Below are positions 55,179 through 64,000 of a stretch of 64,000 bases of DNA, one piece after another. This DNA is from Octopus sinensis (lineage: Eukaryota), in NCBI RefSeq assembly GCF_006345805.1, contig NC_043001.1, positions 28,024,001 to 28,088,000 on the forward strand. Reading direction: 5' to 3'. The notes under the pieces are model-generated. The model made no database searches, was not told the origin of the DNA, and worked only from the letters and a program-made list of their open reading frames with translations. A program made the position numbers and the translations under genes. The stretch's first letter is position 1. Each line of letters opens with the position of its first letter.

Positions 55179-55209
<31 letters not shown>

Positions 55210-55445
55210 TATATATAAATGTTCTTTTATTCTTTTACTCTTTTAATTGTTCAGTCATTTGACTGCGGTGATGCTGGAGCACCGCCTTTAGTCGAACAAA
55301 TCGTCCCCAGGACTTATTCTTTGTAATATATTCTGTCGGTTTGTTTTGTCGAATCGCTAAGTACGGGGACATAAACACACTTGCATCGGTTGCCAAGTGA
55401 TGGTGGGAGGACACAGACATACAAATACATATATATATATATACT

Positions 55446-55479
<34 letters not shown>

Positions 55480-55508
55480 ATATATATACACATATATATA
55501 TACATACA

Positions 55509-55540
<32 letters not shown>

Positions 55541-55581
55541 CATACAGACATATACATACACACACGCACAAACACACACGA

Positions 55582-55614
<33 letters not shown>

Positions 55615-55682
55615 CAGCCGCAGACGTGTGTCTGTGGTATGAAGCTTGCTTCCTAGCCACATGTTTCCGGGTTTCAGTCCCG

Positions 55683-56072
55683 CCTGTTCGGGACGACTTT
55701 CGGGCCAGGGCCCATGGACAACTTCCAAAGATCCCTGGCCTGGCAGTGCTACCGAGAAGCGCTACCCGTTCTGGATAAGCTCTACAGAAACGGCTCGAGA
55801 AACACGGGGCCGACCTGCCCGAGATGCGGTCAGAACTACGAAACCGTTCTGCACGCACTCGTGCAGTGTCCAACAATTTCCGACCTGTGGGCTTATGTCG
55901 AACAACTGCTGTCACGTGTGGGACGAGTCGGTTTATTAGCTGAGTCTATCGTCAATATTGTCACGCCCCCTTCCTTCAAACGGGAAGGACGAGCTATTTT
56001 CATCATTCTTGTGGCTATGGCGAAAGAATGTATCTGGTGGACGCGTCTGAAAGGATTGGAGACAAACACTTT
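55683..56072 (+). pseudogene. L1/Tx1-type LINE ORF2 C-terminal fragment (CCHC zinc knuckle, zf-RVT region)
   Basis: SLAWQCYREALPV...CPRCGQNYETVLHALVQCPTISDLW...IWWTR matches the W...LP...CxxC..ETxxHxxxxC...W...IWxxR pattern. Confidence 0.88.
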
Positions 56073-56158
56073 AGATAGATAAATAGATCGGGAGAGAAAT
56101 AGAGAGAAAGGGAGATAGAGAGAAGCAGAGGGACAGACAGACAGACAGACAGAGAGGC

Positions 56159-56190
<32 letters not shown>

Positions 56191-56191
56191 T

Positions 56192-56231
<40 letters not shown>

Positions 56232-56983
56232 TATGCATACATACATAGAGAGAGAGAGGGAGAAAGTCAGATACATAGACAGGTATGTAGGCAGGTAAGT
56301 AGGTAAAGACGTCATTTTTTATTGCCAAAGTAACTTAAAATTTAACAGAGAACAACGAGTAAGTGTTCGTAAAAGAAATTTAAAGAACGGAATGTTGAGA
56401 ATTGTGTGTGTGGTGTACCTGTACGCGTGCGCGTAAATACATTTATACAATGCAAAAGAGGAAAGTGTCTTGTAAGAGGTCGAATGAAAGAACGCTGCGT
56501 TAAAAGTGTGTGAGTGCATGCATGTGTGTTTGTGTGTGTATGTGTGTGTGTATGTGTGTGTGTGTGTATGTGTGTGTGTGTGTATACATGCATATATGTA
56601 AGACTTTCCTCGAGTTTAAAATGTGACATTGTTTTTTTTTTTAACTATTTTCCAACGATGGAGCTTTGTATCTTTGTCAGAAACTATCTCTTTTCTCAGA
56701 GGAAGAATTCAAATAATTAAAAACAGGAGAGAAAATACATTCATACATATACAGACAGAAGAGAAGAGCGAGAGAGGCGGATAAGTTGTGAACTAAACCG
56801 GAAGTTATGTGACAAAGAGACAGACTTGACAAAAAGTATTTCACAATTTTTTGTATGTGAATAGGTCGCAGTTTCGAGCGACGAAAATTTTGGCCTCGTA
56901 TTATAAATAAATTTTTAAGTAAAGTTAACGGTCTTTGTGCATTTCTCAATGACAAACTGGTGTTGTTCATGCTTTGCATTTGC

Positions 56984-57055
<72 letters not shown>

Positions 57056-57086
57056 TGTATACATAAACATATAATATACATATATA

Positions 57087-57123
<37 letters not shown>

Positions 57124-57135
57124 TATATGTGTATG

Positions 57136-57170
<35 letters not shown>

Positions 57171-57288
57171 AATTATATTTCGGAATGGTCATTTTTGCAG
57201 TTTAGCCAATAAAAACACACGCACTATATATTTGGTGTTACTTTGCTTCAGTGTTATGCGTTTTTTACATTAAACTTAATCTTATTTC

Positions 57289-57333
57289 GGCCAGAGTTCT
57301 TTCGTCACATTCCTGTGACCGCATCAGTGGTCC
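57289..57333 (-). ncRNA. Minimal type I hammerhead ribozyme motif (A9C, probably degenerate)
   Basis: Minus strand ggacca-CTGATGC-g-gtcaca(ggaa)tgtgac-GAAA-gaac-TC-tggcc. Confidence 0.55.
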
Positions 57334-58008
57334 TTTGTTTTCTTCTTTCTTATTTGTGTCTCTCCTTACTAACCGTCAGCCATTTTGTATTTCTAGTGTA
57401 TGTCTTCATTTGCGCATGCTTATATCTCTATGTGCGTCTATGTTTAGTTAGTGTGTGTGTGTGTGGGATACCTGTAATATTTGTATCTTCTGTTTATATA
57501 CGTTCGTGTAATTTGTTTTTGTTGTTGTTGTTGTTTTTGTTTATTCTTATTTTGTTCATGTGTTTACATCCACTTATTATTATTTTCATTACGTATGCTT
57601 GTATGTATGTATGTATGTATGTATGTATGTATGTATGTATGTATAACAACAATACTAGTAATAATAATGATAATAAATTTTAAAAAATATTTTAAATTAA
57701 ACAAAAAAAACTTATATAGTTATTTATTTCTATTTGTTTATTTATCTGTGTATTTTATTTATTATGTTTTCGGTTGTTTATATTGTAACCAGTTTATGGG
57801 GATCCTCTACCGTCATATGTTGTGGTGAGTGCTAGGTCCATTCAGTTTCCTATTCAGGCTAGGTTTATCTTCTATTATGTGTGTAGCTTCTGTAATTTGT
57901 CTGATTGTTGCATCTGTTCTATGTGTGGACAAGATTTTAACTTCTATGTTTTTAATTGATATATATTTGATATATAAATCATAAATCGATGAGCTTTATA
58001 TATATATA

Positions 58009-58041
<33 letters not shown>

Positions 58042-58047
58042 CAACAC

Positions 58048-58088
<41 letters not shown>

Positions 58089-58555
58089 TATATATATATA
58101 TATGTGTATATATGTGTGTGTGTGTGCATGTATGTATAATCCTTTATAGAATAAATTTTCATTGACGTTCGTTTTAGGAAACATAACTATTTCATTAACA
58201 CGATGTTTTACCTTTGCTGCAATTCTACCGTAAAACACGTCTTTATATTAAGTAATAAATTACAGAGTCATTCAGAAGATAATATACAGTTCTTTGATGA
58301 CGTTAGTACGTTTTCTATGAAACTTCAAGTATCGTACATGAATTTATATAGTCTCGACATGGTAGCGAACTTTTAGGTTCAACCCTCTATTCATATATTT
58401 ATTGCAATGTTCATATTCATAAAGGAGAGAGTTAAAATTAGGCAACGTTTTGCCTTTATTCACAAAATACTATAGTGTTTATTTGATTATCTAAGTTAAT
58501 GTGACAATATACAATGACATTTAGCGAGACTAAATAAACGATATCAATATAATGA

Positions 58556-58984
58556 TTTTTCCTAAAGGCACAGGGCCTGAAATTTGAGAGGAGAGGACTA
58601 GTCAAAAATGTCGACCCCAGTGTTTCACTGGTACTTAATTTATCGACGCCGAAAAGATAAAAGGCAGTGTGAACTTGGGCGGAATTTGAACTCAGAACGT
58701 AAGGACGGACGAAATTCCGCTAAGTATTTTGTCCGGCGTGCTAACGATTCTGCCTGCTCATCTCCTTCTGAACGATATTAATATAATCCTTTCTACTATA
58801 GACACAAGGCCTTAAATTTTCGGGGAGGGGAGCAGTCGATTAGATCGACCCCAGTCCATAACTGGTATTTAATTTATCGATCCCGAAAGGACGAAAGGCA
58901 AAGTCAACCTCAGAACGTAAGGACGGACGAAATCCCGCAAAGCATTTCGCCCGGAGTGCTAACGATTCTGTCAGCTCATCGCCT
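58556..58984 (-). mobile_element. Tandem pair of diverged family A SINEs (original tail)
   Basis: Two units, each preceded by aacgatatYaatataat. Confidence 0.8.
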
Positions 58985-60345
58985 GTACTTTTATGGCATT
59001 TTATTGATGTCTCCCCTACCTCATCCCCCATCCCGTTCCTTCTATTAAAATTGCTTTCAACTTTTGCATCTATCCGAGAATTACTTTAACGAACTCTGAA
59101 TGGAGTGAAAAAAGGGAAAGTCGACCTGGACTGCATTAAACTCAGAACGGAAAAAAACCCAACGTAACTATCATTGCAGTCATAACCATCAAGTTTATTT
59201 CAGATCACACTGGCCAACAGGTTTCATCGTCTTAAGGTAGTTGTACACGAAATGAAAGAAATTTGGTTACTATTTTTAGCAGGCCGAGCATTAGCCCTTC
59301 CGTTTGCTGCCCCCGGACCCAACAAAAAAGAACACATATTGCCAACAACAAACCCCAAAATACCGCCGCTACCGTCCCCACTAGGTAACGCTAGTGAGGC
59401 CGAGTGTCTACATAAATTTCCCTCGTGTTTTTACAGCATATTCGCACGCGGTTACAACCTATGGGAGAAAGAACAATGCATTAAATGGAATCCAGTAAAG
59501 AAATGGTATTGAAAGGTCAAGTCGAGTTCGATAAAATTCGAACTCAGGACAAAAAGATCATAGCGCTATAGATATTTATTGTCAGACATTTTCCCCTATA
59601 TTCTACCTTAGAAGAGGAGTGATCAACAGATCATAATAAGAGGGGAAAAAACCATAAAAATACGATTTCCTAGAATCTTGTTTTGATTCAAGCTTGAAGC
59701 AATCTTGTCTCACTCGTGCCGCAAATACACATTTGAAACGAATGAACATCACAACATCTCAGTTCCACGCTCTTAATCGTGTGATATGTTCACATATATT
59801 TGACAGGTAGAGAATGGAATAATAAACTTAATGGAAATTCTCATAGAACCATTTTACCATTTTGATACTAACGTGTTGATTGAAAATACAGAACCGTTAA
59901 TACTTTAACCTCCCACTCATACACACACCTCTCACTTCTCAGTTACTCTCTCTCTCTGTACCTCTCCAACTATCTCTCTCTCTATCTCTATCTCTTTCTG
60001 TCTCTTGCTCTGCCTCCCTCTCTCTACTAAACACACACATGCTTTGTTTGTGAGCATTTAGTGTAATTATGCTCTATCGAGGCGTTTGCACATGTATTTC
60101 TGAGCAACATAGGTTTAACTAGTCTGACATAGATTGACGAAATTAGCTTTCAAGCCCCAAAGAAATAGAATAAAAGAAAGAAACAAAACAAGAGGAATAA
60201 CAAGAAATAAAAGAACAACCAAAACGGCTCTTAAATTTTCTATGGATTCAGTTTTTCTACAATGCATCGAAGAACGTTTTAAAACGGCTTCAAGTAATTC
60301 CAAACATACACATACATACACTTGTATATATAATATATATGTATA

Positions 60346-60377
<32 letters not shown>

Positions 60378-61751
60378 GCGTGTGTGTATATGTATATTTG
60401 TCCACATATCTCTCTATATTTACATATATATATGTATATGTATATATGTGTTTGTGTTAGTGTGCACGAATCTATATGTATGCATGTGTGTATGTATACG
60501 AATATACATACACGTATCAATTAAATAAATAACACTTTAACATCGTAAGTAAATAATGGAATGCTTCTTTCTAAACTTTGCCGTAAACCTTAAGTGGCAA
60601 GTATAGAGTTTTACCGATTGCCTCTCTCACATTACAACGAGCTTCTCTTTATAGCGGTTTCTCTTCAGCATGGTTTCCTCGCAGCAACGTATGTCCTATG
60701 TATTTCATTTATGAAGCTGCTGATATCAATGAATTTTAAGGAAAGTTTCGACTCTTTACTATATCAAAACCGTGTTAAGTTAAATTTTTACCTTTCATCT
60801 CATAACAATTTATTGATCATGAAATAGTGGGGATGAATCAAGAGTTTTTACTCATCAGGAAGGAATTTAAGCACATTTAACATTTAAAATAAAGAATACA
60901 TACATATATATATATAAAAGCATTTCCGTACCGGTTTCTGTCATTGAGGCTTTTTCAACTGTAAGTATGGAAAACGATTGAATTTTGGAAAAATTAAAAG
61001 TAAAGTTTTGTAAAAGAATATTTGTATGATATTCAAAAATACCTCCCCTTGCCTGGAACTCTTCTTTGCACTTCATAACGAAGACATGACACGATGTAGG
61101 TAAAGAAATTTTAGAAGTTTACACGAAACCGGTTATTTCTCCAATAACTATGTTAATATACACAAAATTTCATAATATTTTTCTAACATAACGACTTAAA
61201 TATATTCTTTAACCTTATAAAACAAGCCTTCTGTAGTTTTTTCACTCTTTCTATTTTTTTATATATATATCCAACGTGCTTTCACACACCAACTTTCTAA
61301 CTCTATATACTATATGTATAATATATACATATATATATATATATTATATATATATATAATATAATTATAGATATATATAATTAGTTATATTTTATATATG
61401 TATGTATGTATGTATGTAGTATGTATATAAAACTGCCAGTTGAGTTCTGGAGTCGATATGATCAACCTACCCCCTTTTTTGAAAACTTGATGTCCTTGTG
61501 CCAAAATTAGGAAGAATTATTGTAGCATTGTATAACAATTTAGTTCCCAAATTTGTAATGTTGTATTATATATTGTAACATAATATACTTTTTATCTTAT
61601 TACTTGTTTCACTCATTAGTCTGCGGCCATACTGGGACACGTCCAAGACGGACACTACATTTTTAATCCGTTTCAGCGCGTTAAAGTAAGTACGACCTTT
61701 ACACTAGTATTCAACTGCTGCAAACTTGTCATTCAATATTAGTCTCATGTT

Positions 61752-62190
61752 CAGGCGGCGAGCTGGCAGAAACGTTAGCACGCCGGGCGAAATGCTTAGC
61801 GATATTTCGTCTGCCGTTACGTTATGAGTTCAAATTCCGCCGAGGTCGAATTTGCCTTTCATCCTTTCGGGGTCGATTAAATATGTACCAGTTACGCACT
61901 GGGGTCGATGTAATCGACTTAATCTCTTTGTCTGTCCTTGTTTTTCCCCTCTGTGTTTAGCCCCTTGTGGGTAGTAAAGAAACAGATATTTCGTCTGCCG
62001 TTACGTTATGAGTTCAAATTCCGCCGAGGTCGACTTTGCCTTTCATCCTTTCGGGGTCGATTAAATAAGTACCAGTTACGCACTAGGGTCGATATAATCG
62101 ACTTAATCCGTTTGTCTGTCCTTATTTATCCCCTCTATGTTTAGCCCCTCGTGGGCAATAATGAAATAAGAAACGTTAGCACGCCGGGCG
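61752..62190 (+). mobile_element. SINE family A tandem dimer plus a 20-nt head restart
   Basis: Junctions aaagaaacag|atatttcgtc (~61986) and gaaataag|aaacgttagc (~62170). Confidence 0.9.
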
Positions 62191-62780
62191 GAGGACTCCT
62201 CAAAGAAGGGCACCAAGAGGAAAAAGGTGAGCACTAATGTGTGTTCACCGAAGGATTCTAGGGATGAGGGAGGGAAGGCGAATTTCCCGGTCACGGAGGA
62301 GACGCACCCTCCCCCAGAAGAAAAAAATGAGGAAGAGGACGAAAAACGGTACATTGCCGGCAGTCGGTGACATAGCACCGGAATGTCCCGGAACCTCGTC
62401 GGTAGGGGTTGAGCCACCGGCAGGAGAAGAGACACCGTTGGCGGGAATTGTGCCGCCAACGGTAGAATTGACTACCTCGACCCCGGAGGAAGACAAATTA
62501 TTGGTCTTCTTCTACAGAGGTGGAGAGGTAGAAAAGGTGGTGGAAAAACACTATAAGGGAATATCTTTAACTTTCACACGGGAACCCGAATGGCCTCCGC
62601 CGATAGCTGTGGAGGCCATAACGTTGCTCGTGGTACGTAGGCTGGAGGGACTCAAAGAGGAATATCGCTTGTGGTCGGGCTACGCCGACTCGGAGCTCGC
62701 ATTGGTTTTAAATGAGGCGTGGGTGATGGCGAAGTATACGGGAGGAAAATTGACATTAGGTTGAAAAGCCTCAATGTTAT
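62191..62780 (+). pseudogene. Purine-rich coding-like fragment, probably the ORF1 C-terminus and ORF2 start of an L1/Tx1-type LINE
   Basis: GC/purine-rich, with one apparent frameshift and a Pro/Glu/Lys-rich linker. The overlapping next frame reads IDIRLKSLNV, resembling the IxS/TLNV start of APE endonucleases. Confidence 0.5.
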
Positions 62781-63044
62781 AATGTTTCAGTGTGTAAGAG
62801 GCTCAGCGCCTCAATTTGTAAGTGGACTATTAAGTCCAATAATTTTAAAAACAGAAGTAAGAGGTTCAATACCTCGGTTTGTTTTTTGTGTTAAAGATAA
62901 TGTTTTAGAGAAGCAAAAGATCAGCCTGCGTTTTTTGTCTTCTCCCTTTAATATAATTTTATTTCATCATCCATCTCATTAATGTTTCTGTCCAGCCCAC
63001 AAGCTACTCTTTACCATGCCTTTATGGCAAAAGTTTTTGAAATA

Positions 63045-63219
63045 AAGTAGCTTGCTTACCAACCATATGGTTCTGGGTTCAATCCCACTGCGTGGCACCT
63101 TGGGCAAGTGTCTTCTACTATAGCCTCGGGCCGACCGAAGTCTTGTGAGTGGATTTGGTAGATGGAAACTGAAAGAAGCCCGTCGTATATATATGAATAT
63201 ATATATATATATATATAAT

Positions 63220-63266
<47 letters not shown>

Positions 63267-63485
63267 GTGTGTATATGTTTGTGTGTCTGTGTTTGTCCCT
63301 CCAGCATCGCTTCACAACCGATGCTGGTGTGTTTACGTCTCCGTAACTTGAAGGTTCGGCAAAAGAAACCGACAGAATAAGTACTAGGCTTACAAAGAGT
63401 AAGTCCTGGGATCAATTTGCTCGACTAAAGGCGGTGCTCCAGCATGGCCGCATTCAAATGACTGAAAGAAGTAAAAGAATAAAGA
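63045..63485 (+). mobile_element. SINE family B
   Basis: Matches 37744..38155. Confidence 0.88.
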
Positions 63486-63518
63486 GTTATATTTTCGAAC
63501 TTATGTTATGTTAGTAAT

Positions 63519-64000
63519 TGTGTGTGCGTATGTGTGAGTGTGTGTGAGTGTGCATTGTGTGTATGTGTCTGTGTCGTGTGTGTGCGTGTGCGTCGTGTGT
63601 GTGTGTGTGTACGTGAATGTGCATGTGTATAGGTGTATGTGTCTGTGTATGTGCATGTGTGTTTCTGTATCTATGTGTATGTGTGTGTGTGTGTCTGTGT
63701 ACGTGTGTGGGTATGTATATAGGTGTGTATGTGTATGCTCGTGTGTGTGTGTGTGTATGTATGTGTGAGCATACATCGTATGTGCGTGTGTCGCGTGTAT
63801 GTGTTCGTCGTGTGTGTGTGTGTGTGTGTGTGTGTTTCGTGTGTGTTTCGTGTGTGGGGGTGTCGTTTGTGTGTGTTGTGTGTGTGTCGTGTGTCGTGTG
63901 TGTGTCGTGTGTGTTTACGTGAATGGGTATGTATATAGGTGTCTGTGTCTGTGTATGTGCATGTGTGTATTTGTGTATGTGTGTGTATATCTGTGTGTGA
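63519..64000. repeat. Degenerate (TG)n tract
   Basis: Directly visible. Confidence 0.93.

Noticed and set aside
47395-58335. Further hammerhead-like words near 47405, 57770 and 58293
   Set aside because: Core nucleotides or stems are too degenerate to support a call.

Overview
AT-rich, microsatellite- and SINE-dense animal genomic DNA, most likely from an octopus (inferred from the repeat families, not proven). The only confident protein gene is an intronless vesicular acetylcholine transporter (VAChT/SLC18A3, 6557..8386, minus strand) with an unusual Tyr/Asn/Gly/Ser-rich C-terminal tail. A well-defined 93-nt candidate non-coding exon lies just upstream of it (8998..9090). This fits the cholinergic gene locus, in which VAChT sits in the first intron of ChAT; ChAT coding exons would then lie beyond the left edge, and none were found here. 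A 185-aa orphan ORF (52010..52567, +) may be a real gene or first exon. The rest is transposon debris: tRNA-derived SINEs, hAT-type MITEs, a non-autonomous Helitron, and L1/Tx1, R4/Dong, RTE and Penelope fragments. The most unusual observations are (i) minimal hammerhead ribozyme motifs, one family with a swapped G3:C8 core pair, (ii) a SINE subfamily whose L1/Tx1-like tail repeatedly joins two fixed sites in its own head to build tandem arrays, and (iii) several long hairpins that could be dsRNA/ADAR or small-RNA substrates. Nearly all short ORFs in the track are microsatellite or SINE artefacts.
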